DNA of 64,000 nt, from the IMG/VR virus record IMGVR_UViG_3300013901_000015, positions 1-64,000 of that record; one strand, written 5' to 3'. The position numbers and the translations under genes were made by a program. Of this stretch, positions 7,752-17,466 are shown in pieces. Positions within the stretch are counted from its first letter, which is position 1; each line of letters starts with the position of its first letter. This DNA is from a virus. Taxonomy: Duplodnaviria > Caudoviricetes. Below the pieces are notes generated by a model that saw nothing but the letters and a program-made list of their open reading frames with translations, was not told the origin of the DNA and did not search any database.

Positions 7752-10544
7752 CTAGTTCTGCCCTCGGAGCAGAGAACGGCGGTTTTGGATGACAACGACC
7801 GAGCCTTGGAAGGAATCGCTTGCCTTGAAGTCGGTCAAGGTGTATTCGAAAGTGAAGTATGCCCACGGCTTGCCAAGGAGACTAGTTAGCTGGCACCAGT
7901 TCTGCCCCGCATTGTTATTGGCTAAAACCTTTAAGGTAAGTTTTCCTTGTGTTGTCTTACGAATGTTACGAATCTCTCGAAGACTCTTCAAAATCATCGA
8001 ACTGCCCAGCTTCATCGGTCGAGTAATGATGGTGCCGCTATATAGATTCTCGTCTTCATTGATGTCTGGTTTGTCGGTCAAAGAATATACATTTCCGTCC
8101 TCATCCTGTATCAAGTTGTCAGGGTAATCATTGACTACTGCCTGAGCTATGATGCCGCTGTTATCCACGGCAAACGTATGGTCCACCATATTGTAGATGT
8201 ACTGGTACGACTTATCCTTGGCGAAGATGCGCAGGAGAGAGTCACGATAGTCGTAGGCGACAAAGCTATCTACCAAAAACTTTGCTATGCTTAGGTCGGC
8301 TACTCGGTTCAATGAGATAGGACCTTCTTCCAGACGGTAGTATCGCATTGGGTCTGCTTGGCGACCTCGCAACTGTTCGCTAACACATGCAACGCTTCCT
8401 CCGCTCGCAGCCATCAAGCCTTTCTTGGAAGCAAAGAATATCAGTCGGTCGGTAGGCACCAGAGGCGAGTTCTCCAAGCATACCTCTCTGGAGATAGGAT
8501 AGGTTGCGCTATACAGTCCCTCGCTGTTGACCGACATTCCGTAAATACCTTCACTTGTGAACACCAACAGTGGGTACTGACCAAACTGCCCTTGGCTCAC
8601 AGCCTCAGTGTTGGCTACGATGCCAAGAATCTTGCCTGTACCAACGGTGTTGTCGCCCGACGCTTCAAAGACGAAAGGATTGTTGACAACAGAGGTGAAG
8701 ATTTGAGAGTTTAAATCCTCAAAATCACCACTAACCGTAGGTATATCCATATCAGATATTTTTATACCGTTGTCAGGGGCAGGGAGATTTGCGAAACTAT
8801 ATGCTCCATTTAGCATTTTATGAGTATGCAGATTCACATGCCACCCTTTTTTCTCTCCCTTTACCATGATAATCATTTCCTTTGCGTATGGGTCTGGATA
8901 GAAAAGCCACCCTGTAAATATCATCGGGTCAACGTTGTCGCTTGTGTCCGACTTTACCCAAGTGTCAATTTGCTGATTAACGATGTGAGTATAATATTCG
9001 TATTCGATTTTAACACCCTCCTTGCAGTCCGCAAAGAAGTTGAAGCCCTCAAATGGATAGCGTGCAGTTCCTACCGTGTTAAGTCTATTGTTATAGGTAA
9101 ACAACTTGCTAGGAACGAGTTTTGCCCATCCGTAATAATCATCGACCTTTAGCTGTTCCTGTTCTGTCAATGTGCTTACCACACCATTGTCAATGATGTT
9201 TATATCAGAAACGCCTTCACTTCTTTCGGAAGAATCATGCCATTCGCCATCAATATACTTGGAGTCAAAATCTAGCGAAAACAACTTATAGAACTGAGTC
9301 TTTTCCAACAGCTCTTTAATAATCTTTTCATTCGTCTTGTAAACAGGCATCAGCCATTCGGATGCAGCCGGGTGATAACCACCTCCAGTGTAAGTGGAAT
9401 CTCTAAAACTAACAACACTTTCATGATAACTACCTCCACCGTTGTAGAAGATTGTATTGTCTGTCTCCATTGGGTCTTTGAACTTCCAATCTTCGTTTAA
9501 CTCGAATGGCATAACGTCATCGGTTGCAAAAACAACCAACTCCTTTACTATATCCGACCAATTATCCTTGTTGTCTATGATAGCCTTGAAAAAGAGACCA
9601 CTATATCCAATATGGTACATATATTTTTTAGTATCATATCCTTCTTCGTAGTAACCTCTACTGCTCTTTCCAGTTTCTACAAATTTGCAATTTCGAGAAG
9701 TAGAAGGATAACAAATAATAGGATTTGATATACGAGTGTAACTACCATCAAACATTTTAAGGGCAAATCTTACAAAGAAAGGGAAAGCAAATTTATTCTT
9801 GTCTTTTACCCAGTTTATCATCTGGCTGACATGACCGACAACTGCATTTTTAAAATCAGTTTCTTTATCTTGTTTTACAGAATGATGAAAAAATAAGTCT
9901 CCAGGAAAACTATATTTATTTTGATCATAATCTGTGTCGTAAAGTTTATGTAAGTCATCGCCACTACGATGATAAAAAGCATAACGATTAACTAATTCTA
10001 CGAAACTTTCTATATTGCAAACAAAAGAATCTTTTTTCAAATCATCCTGCTCTTTTTGCCAATTATCAGTGGTTCCATCTGTGTAGAACTCCACCTTTGG
10101 CTTAGGAAGTTCTGTCCCGAGGTCGCTATACGAATGTCCCTTGCATAGCATATAATGCAAGCCTTTGTCCGTTGCGCATACTAGCGTATTACCCACACTC
10201 TTCACGTCAAGCAGTTTTGCATCGAGGTCAATAGTCTGCTTGTTTTCCTCTCGCTTCTCAGTCTCTCCATTTTTGAAGTTAACATAGCAAACGAGTTGCT
10301 CCTTATCCTCAATGTAAGTGATTAGGTTGCGATAATCTGCCAGCTTATGTACATAAACTAGCTTACCTTCAAGTGGAACACCACCTGTGATGTCCACTGG
10401 CTTCTGTATAGGCACCATGCTTCCATCCTTGTAGATGATGCCATCGCTCTCCAACAGCTCTCCATCCTCGCAGATTGTGTCACTCGGAATGTTGGTCATT
10501 CCCTTACTGAAACTCAGTGTTTTTGTCTCTGTGTTTTGTTCCAT
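7752..10544 (-). CDS. Tail nozzle/stabilization protein (P22 gp10 / T7 gp12-like)
   Basis: 930 aa, beta-rich; N-terminal FSKGMTNIPSD..DGEL, C-terminal beta-propeller-like SQGQFGQYPLLVFTSEGIY. Confidence 0.6.
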   Translation of the reverse strand: MEQNTETKTLSFSKGMTNIPSDTICEDGELLESDGIIYKDGSMVPIQKPVDITGGVPLEGKLVYVHKLADYRNLITYIEDKEQLVCYVNFKNGETEKREENKQTIDLDAKLLDVKSVGNTLVCATDKGLHYMLCKGHSYSDLGTELPKPKVEFYTDGTTDNWQKEQDDLKKDSFVCNIESFVELVNRYAFYHRSGDDLHKLYDTDYDQNKYSFPGDLFFHHSVKQDKETDFKNAVVGHVSQMINWVKDKNKFAFPFFVRFALKMFDGSYTRISNPIICYPSTSRNCKFVETGKSSRGYYEEGYDTKKYMYHIGYSGLFFKAIIDNKDNWSDIVKELVVFATDDVMPFELNEDWKFKDPMETDNTIFYNGGGSYHESVVSFRDSTYTGGGYHPAASEWLMPVYKTNEKIIKELLEKTQFYKLFSLDFDSKYIDGEWHDSSERSEGVSDINIIDNGVVSTLTEQEQLKVDDYYGWAKLVPSKLFTYNNRLNTVGTARYPFEGFNFFADCKEGVKIEYEYYTHIVNQQIDTWVKSDTSDNVDPMIFTGWLFYPDPYAKEMIIMVKGEKKGWHVNLHTHKMLNGAYSFANLPAPDNGIKISDMDIPTVSGDFEDLNSQIFTSVVNNPFVFEASGDNTVGTGKILGIVANTEAVSQGQFGQYPLLVFTSEGIYGMSVNSEGLYSATYPISREVCLENSPLVPTDRLIFFASKKGLMAASGGSVACVSEQLRGRQADPMRYYRLEEGPISLNRVADLSIAKFLVDSFVAYDYRDSLLRIFAKDKSYQYIYNMVDHTFAVDNSGIIAQAVVNDYPDNLIQDEDGNVYSLTDKPDINEDENLYSGTIITRPMKLGSSMILKSLREIRNIRKTTQGKLTLKVLANNNAGQNWCQLTSLLGKPWAYFTFEYTLTDFKASDSFQGSVVVIQNRRSLLRGQN

Positions 10545-10548
10545 ATTT

Positions 10549-11298
10549 TTATTCTCCTAATAATATTTTAAGAAGTTCGTTAAACTTGTTGTCGTACCAT
10601 CGTGGCTGTGTCTCGTTCTGGTTCTTTGGAGAAACTTGGTTCTCGCCGTAAATGGTTCCCTTGGCAGTGATAACCTTGAACTTGTGAAGCTTGGACTTGC
10701 CTTGTCGGGTCTCCTCCTTCAAGAAACCTAGCTCAATCATTTTCTGATTGAACTTCAAAACTGACATCTTGAAGCCAAAGCGTTTGAGAAGTTCGGATGC
10801 AGAGTGCATCACGCCTTTGCTCGAAACGTAGTCTGGGGATGGAAGACCAAGAGGTTCTGCTACCTTCTGCATCAACAAGAGCGTAGATGCCTCGCTGAGG
10901 TTGAGGATTCGCTTGCATCCTTCTACCCACATCATACCTGCCTCTACTCTATCTTTTATCTGGGTGTTGATGGAATAGGCTCCAGTCTTTCGGATAGACT
11001 TCAAGATTTCCTTCACTCCTTTCTTGAACTGCTTAGCCTGTGGCTTGCGGCTTTGCATCAATACCTCGTAAAGACCGTCCTCGGTGAGGAACCAAGCACT
11101 CTGAGTTCCACCAGGGGTACAAACAATGTTTGTAACCTTTTCGTCTTCATCCACATTGCGCATCATGGTCGATACATCAGAATGCTCGATCCACTCTGCA
11201 ACATCTTTTGCCAAGAACAAAGGGTTCTCGGCTGTTCCATACACATCAATCTCCTTACCTAGGAAGATTGACTTACTAATCATTGTAATTTCGTTCAT
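10549..11298 (-). CDS. Antirepressor, BRO-N plus KilAC/ANT-like C-terminus
   Basis: PLFLAKDVAEWIE, FLTEDGLYEVLMQSRKPQAKQFKKGV..IL.SIRKTG; C-terminal ITAKG..YGEN..SPKN. Confidence 0.85.
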   Translation of the reverse strand: MNEITMISKSIFLGKEIDVYGTAENPLFLAKDVAEWIEHSDVSTMMRNVDEDEKVTNIVCTPGGTQSAWFLTEDGLYEVLMQSRKPQAKQFKKGVKEILKSIRKTGAYSINTQIKDRVEAGMMWVEGCKRILNLSEASTLLLMQKVAEPLGLPSPDYVSSKGVMHSASELLKRFGFKMSVLKFNQKMIELGFLKEETRQGKSKLHKFKVITAKGTIYGENQVSPKNQNETQPRWYDNKFNELLKILLGE

Positions 11299-11339
11299 GA
11301 TTTTATTTTACAATTAAATTTTGCTACTAGTCTTTTATT

Positions 11340-11591
11340 CTATGCGACCATGGACAGCTCCTTTGCCATATCAAGAGAAAGAGCATACTCTACTGTAGGT
11401 CTTCCTCCTTGTAGGTTTTCCCCCTTTTGGGTGAAAACCTCAAAGTCTTGAAATTCAACCAAATCACAACGTTCTATCTGCTTCTTAATACAAGAAGAGA
11501 AATCTTTTCCTACTCCTAAGAAAGAATGAAGCTCTCTTGCATTTACAGCCTTTCGACCGTCCTTCTCTGTAATCTTAATTATTTCTTCCAT
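11340..11591 (-). pseudogene. Truncated AntA/AntB-type antirepressor
   Basis: VNARELHSFL, GGRPTVEYALSLDMAKELSMV then an immediate stop; the family normally continues. Confidence 0.6.
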
Positions 11592-11592
11592 A

Positions 11593-11778
11593 TCACTCTT
11601 CTTTAAGTTCAATACTATGTTTTATTACATACTCAGCAGCCCTACGAGCAACACCACTGATGTAAGCCTTGTTGTGAGCAACATTGCCACTTGTCAGATG
11701 GTCTGCCCTGTCTGCTATGTCAGTGAGCCAAGAGACTAGCTTGTCTCTCAGCTCTGAATCTACCTTGTATTGCTTCAT
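11593..11778 (-). CDS. Hypothetical protein
   Basis: 61 aa, in the packed leftward operon. Confidence 0.6.
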   Translation of the reverse strand: MKQYKVDSELRDKLVSWLTDIADRADHLTSGNVAHNKAYISGVARRAAEYVIKHSIELKEE

Positions 11779-11981
11779 ACACTGTCCTTCAACTCCACTG
11801 GCTCATCGCTCCAGCTTAGCTCTCTTCCTATCAGCTTCTTGATTGAGCCTTTGGGGAGTGCGCCACTTCTTACCCCAGGAGTAGTCCAACACTTAATACT
11901 ATTTCCCCATCTTTCAGGTTTTTCTAGCATTATGCGTTCTGTACTATCTTTATCTACGCATACCCAACAAGTCATACTCAA
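11775..11981 (-). CDS. Hypothetical protein
   Basis: 68 aa, 4-nt overlaps with both neighbours. Confidence 0.6.
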   Translation of the reverse strand: MSMTCWVCVDKDSTERIMLEKPERWGNSIKCWTTPGVRSGALPKGSIKKLIGRELSWSDEPVELKDSV

Positions 11982-12367
11982 CCATCGCTTTCTTCTTTAA
12001 TACCGAAGACCGAACCATCATAGAAGGTGAATTCATCTAAGGCTTTATTATAAGCATGTATTTTTATGGTTGTACCAACATAAATATTTTCTATATCACA
12101 GCTTCCAATACAATATATTGCTTTGCTTACTTTTTGTTTTACCCACCCCACTGGCTGATGCTTCAACATTTCTTGCATACACTCCTCTGCGTTGGCAAAA
12201 GGACGGTACTTTGGTGATGGCTTGATGCGATACTCATTACAATCAGTATGTACAATATAGTTAGCTTCTTTCCATTGTTTCTCACCGAAAGAGCGTCTTT
12301 CTATCTCTTTCCCTTCGCTGAAAGCCTTAATAATAGGCAACAGCTGCTTTGCTTCATCACGATTCAT
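11978..12367 (-). CDS. Hypothetical phage protein
   Basis: LLPIIKAFSEGKEIE..., YRIKP.PKYRPFANAEEC; operon-coupled. Confidence 0.65.
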   Translation of the reverse strand: MNRDEAKQLLPIIKAFSEGKEIERRSFGEKQWKEANYIVHTDCNEYRIKPSPKYRPFANAEECMQEMLKHQPVGWVKQKVSKAIYCIGSCDIENIYVGTTIKIHAYNKALDEFTFYDGSVFGIKEESDG

Positions 12368-12395
12368 TGCTTATTTCCTTTCTTATTTAATAAAT

Positions 12396-12653
12396 TTACA
12401 TATGATAATTCTCTATTGCAAACGCAAGTGTCTCATGTAAATCACTTAACTCTTTATCAATATCAAAGTCGTCTAAGTCATTTGCGAGCATTGTCTCTAT
12501 TCTTTCAGCACATAGCTTAACGACCTTTCTTGATACAAATCTTGCGAAATCTATGCTATCTGTATCATCTATATCCTTCTGAATAGATTCACTATTGATA
12601 GGATAAGTTAGACTCCAAACGTAATTAAATTGTTTCTTTTCTGATATAAACAT
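12396..12653 (-). CDS. Hypothetical acidic protein
   Basis: 85 aa in operon. Confidence 0.55.
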   Translation of the reverse strand: MFISEKKQFNYVWSLTYPINSESIQKDIDDTDSIDFARFVSRKVVKLCAERIETMLANDLDDFDIDKELSDLHETLAFAIENYHM

Positions 12654-12658
12654 TTTTT

Positions 12659-12799
12659 TTACTCTTCCTCCAACTCTTTAAGTATTTTCTCACATTGTCT
12701 TTTAATGCCATCGGCAGTATTTACCTTGCCCATGTCTTCCAGTAGTTTACTTCCGCTAATCAAACCACGGATGTATATCTTTGCTCTTGCTATGCTCAT
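12659..12799 (-). CDS. Hypothetical protein (46 aa, MSIARAKIYIRG...)
   Basis: Translated by hand; GGAGG 7 nt upstream; overlaps the stop of the previous gene. Confidence 0.55.
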   Translation of the reverse strand: MSIARAKIYIRGLISGSKLLEDMGKVNTADGIKRQCEKILKELEEE

Positions 12800-13158
12800 T
12801 GCTTATCCTCCTTCTTTAATTCATTAATAAGGGTATCTGCAAACTTAACAGCCCATTTACAAGCGTCCCTCATACTCGGATTTGGGTCAATGCCCTCAAC
12901 AACAGGAGAAGCAAGTTCTCCAACCAAAGCAGCTTTAGCTATCTCATATCTACGCTGCTCCCAATCAATATAATTATCGCACATCTTATTCCATTGTGCG
13001 TAATAATCTTTTAGATTGTCTTCCTCGCTTTTATTAGAGTCTAACAAGAAGTTATTGAACTCAGCAACTACTCGTTCCTTGATTCTATATGATTCTGCTT
13101 TTAATTCTCGTACAGCTTCTGTTATTGATGTACTAATTTCAAAATCGATTACTATCAT
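12796..13158 (-). CDS. Hypothetical phage protein
   Basis: IDWEQRRYEIAKAAL...AVKFADTLINELK motif. Confidence 0.65.
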   Translation of the reverse strand: MIVIDFEISTSITEAVRELKAESYRIKERVVAEFNNFLLDSNKSEEDNLKDYYAQWNKMCDNYIDWEQRRYEIAKAALVGELASPVVEGIDPNPSMRDACKWAVKFADTLINELKKEDKQ

Positions 13159-13208
13159 ATTCTTTTCTATTTACCCTCTCCCTGCTGTCACCAAGGAGAG
13201 GCGGTTAG

Positions 13209-13447
13209 TTAATCTGTTACTCCGTATGCTTTAGGCAGCTTCTTGACAATATCGCCGCCATAAGCATTCTTGGTTAGCTCTACAAACTCTCTCACTGTAG
13301 TCTTATCATCAAGAGACAAACCATTGTTATTTACAAAGGATTCTCCACTCGTACAGTCTCACCTTCAACATTAGTTACTGTACCAAAATACACACCAGCA
13401 TCATAGCTTCTTACGATGCACTTCTTACCTAGAATATCTTTATACAT
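13209..13447 (-). pseudogene. Deletion scar joining two gene fragments out of frame
   Basis: 5' piece MYKDILGKKCIVRSYDAGVYFG...ENPL* (13331-13447); different-frame 3' piece ..GLSLDDKTTVREFVELTKNAYGGDIV..* (ends 13209) has no start. Confidence 0.55.
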
Positions 13448-13492
13448 AATACTTAAATTAATTTATATTCTCACTATTTAGCCCGAAGGCTG

Positions 13493-13666
13493 TTAAACAT
13501 TAAACAAAACACTTTTTAGCTTTGCTCTTAATTTATCTTTTAGTTCCTTAGCTTCATTCCAAGGAATACTTTTCCAAGTAAAAGCGTTGTAATTTTCTTC
13601 ATCCATACAACGCAATGCTATTAAAAGTAAATCTATCTCTTTGTCCTTCAATACAATTTGTTTCAT
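13493..13666 (-). CDS. Hypothetical protein (57 aa, MKQIVLKDKEIDLL...)
   Basis: Translated by hand; 4-nt overlap with the upstream gene. Confidence 0.5.
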   Translation of the reverse strand: MKQIVLKDKEIDLLLIALRCMDEENYNAFTWKSIPWNEAKELKDKLRAKLKSVLFNV

Positions 13667-14049
13667 TGGGTTACCTCCGTGTTATATTCTTTCTGAGCCT
13701 TTTGAACCTCGTAAACGAAACGATTGATGTTGATGCCGCAATCAACTACCTCCTGATTGTGCTTGACTGCATCGGCTATCAGATGGGTGCAATCTTCGGT
13801 GAAACCACAGATGCGGTCGCCCTCTATCGTGAACAGGTATTGATGGGTGTTGTAATAGGCGCACTCGCAGAGGTTGAAGTGATTGCCTTCGAGGATTCTG
13901 CGAACGTAGGGGTTGTTGAGGCGAAGGATTATCAGCTTGCCTTTGCTAGTATAGTACTTGTGGTACTTGATGCGGTCGTAGATGATTACCGCTATTCCTA
14001 GGAGGAACATTGCGGATGCCACGATGATTTCGATATCTTGTCTATTCAT
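13663..14049 (-). CDS. Hypothetical protein with N-terminal TM helix
   Basis: 128 aa, hydrophobic IIVASAMFLLGIAVII. Confidence 0.6.
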   Translation of the reverse strand: MNRQDIEIIVASAMFLLGIAVIIYDRIKYHKYYTSKGKLIILRLNNPYVRRILEGNHFNLCECAYYNTHQYLFTIEGDRICGFTEDCTHLIADAVKHNQEVVDCGININRFVYEVQKAQKEYNTEVTQ

Positions 14050-14723
14050 AACTTTCTTTTGATTTTGTCGATTGTTCTCTTGATGATTCCGTTCTCGTCT
14101 CGCTCGGGATATAACTCTTCGTTGACATCGTGGAGCTTGACGGATTGGATGCGATGAGTGTCAGGATCAAGACCATGGCTCTCGCAATAAAGCTTCCATG
14201 CCTCCAAGCCATGGGGCTTATTGGCATCTTCGGCGGCTTGTTTGGCTTCTTCCTGTCTTTTCTTCTCTTCCTCAGCCCTGCCCCTCGCCTCCAACAGGTC
14301 TTTCTCGTAATCGACCAAGGACATCATAAGGTCTTGGGGATTGACGGACTTTCCGTTGTTGAAGAGCTTGCGGTATTGCCCATTCTCGAAGCAAACAAAG
14401 AAATAATCTAGCTCGCCTGGAGTTAGGTAGAAATACTTGGCGCAAATGCGCTGCGCTAGCATCTGTATCTGAAAGTCGGTTACGCCTCCTTCTGTATCGT
14501 AGGCACCGAGGTAGCGAAAGAGCACTACCAATCGTCCCATGACCCAAGCGGTGAGATTTTGGAAGCCTCCATCCTTACGAATAGTGAGCATCGTCTTGTT
14601 GCCCTTGTTGATTGCTTCGGTGAAGGACATAGGACGAATGTAGCCCGGTCTGTCACTGTTGGAAGGCGCTATTGATGAGGTTTCTCGTGCGCTCTGCAAG
14701 GCGCTGTGCTCGTTGCTGTTCAT
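14046..14723 (-). CDS. Replication-associated protein (helicase-loader-like)
   Basis: Follows the initiator-like gene; LTPGELDYFF..FENGQY motif. Confidence 0.5.
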   Translation of the reverse strand: MNSNEHSALQSARETSSIAPSNSDRPGYIRPMSFTEAINKGNKTMLTIRKDGGFQNLTAWVMGRLVVLFRYLGAYDTEGGVTDFQIQMLAQRICAKYFYLTPGELDYFFVCFENGQYRKLFNNGKSVNPQDLMMSLVDYEKDLLEARGRAEEEKKRQEEAKQAAEDANKPHGLEAWKLYCESHGLDPDTHRIQSVKLHDVNEELYPERDENGIIKRTIDKIKRKL

Positions 14724-15129
14724 TGCTTGTCTTGTTTATGATTTCGTCATTCCAACACTCGCCGTTGAGGTAAGTGAGGGGGTCTTTTCTGTACACTGGG
14801 TCTGGAGTAGAGGCTACGTAAGCTGGAGTGGCTAGCAAGCAAGCTGTTTGTTGCTCTTCGGTAAGTCTGTCCCATTTCTGCTTGGCTTTCTTCTTGCCTC
14901 GTTTTTTTTGATACATTTCCCACCAATCTTCGAAGGAGTCGTTTTCTCCAATAAATACGGCATCTTGCACCTTTACAGCTAAGGATTTCGTCTCATTAAA
15001 CAGTTCGGCTTCCTTGTAATAGCGACCTGTAAGAGCGTAACGTGCTCCTTGAATGAAGGCTTCTTGCATCGTTTCGTTGTCTGGTGCAAATTTCTTTGCC
15101 TCTGCGTTGATTTCTTTTAATGTCTTCAT
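14653..15129 (-). CDS. Phage replication initiator-type C-terminal domain protein
   Basis: SFEDWWEMYQKKRGKKKAKQKWDRL...KDPLTYLNGECWNDE. Confidence 0.65.
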   Translation of the reverse strand: MKTLKEINAEAKKFAPDNETMQEAFIQGARYALTGRYYKEAELFNETKSLAVKVQDAVFIGENDSFEDWWEMYQKKRGKKKAKQKWDRLTEEQQTACLLATPAYVASTPDPVYRKDPLTYLNGECWNDEIINKTSNEQQRAQRLAERTRNLINSAFQQ

Positions 15130-15153
15130 AAGATTCTACATTTTAATTGTTAA

Positions 15154-15585
15154 CTATACCCAACCAGCACCTGAACTTTCCAACTCTCGCTTGCAGTAGT
15201 CGATGCTAATTTTGTCCTCTGGTTCCGGTATGGGAACGCCGTTCATAGAAGCGTAGTCGAGGAAATTTCGGATAACGGATGATGCCTCGGCGGTGGTGAG
15301 GGCTGAGATTGGCTTAAACTTATCGTTGCCTCGCTCGTCTTTCTCGCCTGTGAAGAATGGCACAGGGCAGATGTGAAGCTGAATGTTGCGCAAGGTGCTA
15401 TAGAAGGTGTCGCCGTTCTTCATCGCCCAATAGGAAATCATGAAGTGGATGAAACGCTGCTGATTGTCGGTCTGAACTGGGTGGAACTTCTTAATCTCTA
15501 GCTTGTACTTGCCATTCTTGGCTTTCTCTACTTCCTTGACGATTGCTAGATAATCTCTAGGATCATTGGGATTATATACGCTCAT
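15154..15585 (-). CDS. NinB/Orf-like recombination accessory protein
   Basis: Start placed at MSVYNPND; QTDNQQRFIH..I, SALTTAEASSVIRNF motifs; next to the recombination module. Confidence 0.5.
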   Translation of the reverse strand: MSVYNPNDPRDYLAIVKEVEKAKNGKYKLEIKKFHPVQTDNQQRFIHFMISYWAMKNGDTFYSTLRNIQLHICPVPFFTGEKDERGNDKFKPISALTTAEASSVIRNFLDYASMNGVPIPEPEDKISIDYCKRELESSGAGWV

Positions 15586-15593
15586 TGCTGTAT

Positions 15594-16310
15594 TTACATT
15601 AAATTGATTTCTAAATGTGGTCGGGCGTAATATGTAGGTACGCCCAAGACCTGTTGAAACTTGCTCACTGCCTTCTCTGGATTGAGGTGGCGAGAGGAAC
15701 CATGGATGAGAACTATCTGCTTGGCGGACTTCTCGGCTTCGCATTGCTGCAAGAACTGGATGCCATGGGCTAGGCTCATGTGGGAGAGACGGATGCGGTC
15801 GGCTTGGCTTGCGATGGTCTTGCCTTCGTTGACAGCCTTTTCTAGGAGTCCATCCTCGTAGTTGCATTCCATGAGATAGGTACGACAACCCTTGATAATC
15901 TGATGGAGATTGTAACAATCGGTAGCAAAGAAGATTCCACCAACCTTAGGGTGATAAATGAGATAGCCAAAGTTTAACACATCGTGTTCAACCGCAAAAG
16001 GTGTAATCCTGAAAGAGCCGAGGCTCTTGGTTTTCTCTTTATATATAGGCTTTGCACCTTTTACCTCATAGGCAACTTCCTTATTGGAATAAACATCTAT
16101 CCCTGCCTTGATGTATTCTGGGATGTGCTTGGCATGATCAGAATGAACGTGACTCACTAAGCACCCTACCACCTTGCTTGTCTTGTACCCGATGGCTCGC
16201 TTTACCTCTTTGAAAGGTACACCTGCTTCGAGCAGCAGGATTTCTCCTGAATCTGCTCGAAGGGCATACGCATTGCCAGACGATGAAGAGCCAATAATTA
16301 TTAGCTTCAT
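15594..16310 (-). CDS. Metallo-beta-lactamase-fold nuclease/hydrolase
   Basis: GSSSSGN, SHVHSDH, EHDV, ATD, ECNY, HMS, LIH motifs. Confidence 0.88.
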   Translation of the reverse strand: MKLIIIGSSSSGNAYALRADSGEILLLEAGVPFKEVKRAIGYKTSKVVGCLVSHVHSDHAKHIPEYIKAGIDVYSNKEVAYEVKGAKPIYKEKTKSLGSFRITPFAVEHDVLNFGYLIYHPKVGGIFFATDCYNLHQIIKGCRTYLMECNYEDGLLEKAVNEGKTIASQADRIRLSHMSLAHGIQFLQQCEAEKSAKQIVLIHGSSRHLNPEKAVSKFQQVLGVPTYYARPHLEINLM

Positions 16311-16316
16311 CTTTGC

Positions 16317-17252
16317 TTACTTGAAAGGGTTATCGGTTGGCTTTGCTTCTGCTACAGGAGCTTCTTGCATATCTCCAGAAGATGGCTGTTTGATTTCGCC
16401 TGTCTCAGCATCAACCGTTATCACTTCCTTTGCCTCGGCAAACTCTGCGTCTCGCTGCTGCAAGGCGGTAGGCTTCTCATCGGCATTGATAATCTGCTCG
16501 GCATCAACGGAGAGTTCTCCCCACTTGGTGAGAAGCTGACGGAGCACGGTCTTCTCTGCCATGTCTTGGAATCCTGCGTACCAGCCCAAGCCTCCACCTT
16601 CGCCATTGACAGACTGCTTGATGGCTACCTCCTTCAAACCTTGCCATGTAATCTTGTTGTTGAACTTGACCGTTGGCGAGAAGGTCTTGGCGAACTTGCA
16701 AACATCGTCTAGGCTCATATACATTATCTTCTCGAAGCCCGATGTTTCCTTGAAGTAGGCGAAGTAGCCAACTGGTACATCTGATGTCTTGGTTCCGCTC
16801 ACATCGAGTGCGCCCGTAATCTTGTCGAAGCCCTTGAATTCGCCTTCGTAGATGGTACCCTTGTTGATGTTGGTGTATTTGTTGGTGCGAAGGGCGAGGT
16901 TAACGTAACCTCTTGTACCGATTACGAGGGTTGGGGTCGGAACGAGCTGGCCTGTTACCTTGTCTTTGTTCTTGAAGACGATGATGTAAGCCTGTCCTAG
17001 CTGCTTATTGATAGGCAAGCGCAAACCTGCTGCCTTGACAGCCTCGCTCATGAGGGCGTTGGGGTCGCATAGCATAAACTGAGGGTCGGAGGTGAAGAGT
17101 TCCATCAAGCTTGTGGTGAATGCTCCTTTGTTCTCCTTCATCGTATTCTCCAAGAGGGTCTGGTAATAGCTATTGTTCATCACCGCTTGGAAGTTCTTTA
17201 CTGCAAGAGCCTTCTGGGAAGGCTGCTTTACTGATACTGCTGTTTCTGCCAT
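16317..17252 (-). CDS. recT: RecT/Redbeta-family single-strand annealing protein
   Basis: LPINKQLGQAYII.F, IGTRGYVNLALRT, MAEKTVLRQLLTKWG.LS. Confidence 0.88.
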   Translation of the reverse strand: MAETAVSVKQPSQKALAVKNFQAVMNNSYYQTLLENTMKENKGAFTTSLMELFTSDPQFMLCDPNALMSEAVKAAGLRLPINKQLGQAYIIVFKNKDKVTGQLVPTPTLVIGTRGYVNLALRTNKYTNINKGTIYEGEFKGFDKITGALDVSGTKTSDVPVGYFAYFKETSGFEKIMYMSLDDVCKFAKTFSPTVKFNNKITWQGLKEVAIKQSVNGEGGGLGWYAGFQDMAEKTVLRQLLTKWGELSVDAEQIINADEKPTALQQRDAEFAEAKEVITVDAETGEIKQPSSGDMQEAPVAEAKPTDNPFK

Positions 17253-17253
17253 A

Positions 17254-17463
17254 TTACTTACTTAAAAATTTTATTAATTCTTCTTTTGTCTTGAAACATT
17301 CGCTTTCCTTCTTTGTCGGGAAGACAGCGAACTTGTATTGTATGCTAGATGGTGACTCGCCCATCTGTTGGAAGAATACTCCCACGATGTTGGCACGGTG
17401 GATTTTATATCCATCCAAAAGATAGACGGCATCACCTATGTTATATTTGGTCTTAACCTCCAT
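17254..17463 (-). CDS. Hypothetical protein
   Basis: KYNIGDAVY...FKTKEELI, shared with the C-terminus of 30280-30798. Confidence 0.6.
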   Translation of the reverse strand: MEVKTKYNIGDAVYLLDGYKIHRANIVGVFFQQMGESPSSIQYKFAVFPTKKESECFKTKEELIKFLSK

Positions 17464-17466
17464 AGC

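Noticed and set aside
15586-15918. 5' extension of the 254-aa ORF 15154-15918
   Set aside because: Overlaps the MBL gene in another frame and reads as noise; the true start is placed at 15585.
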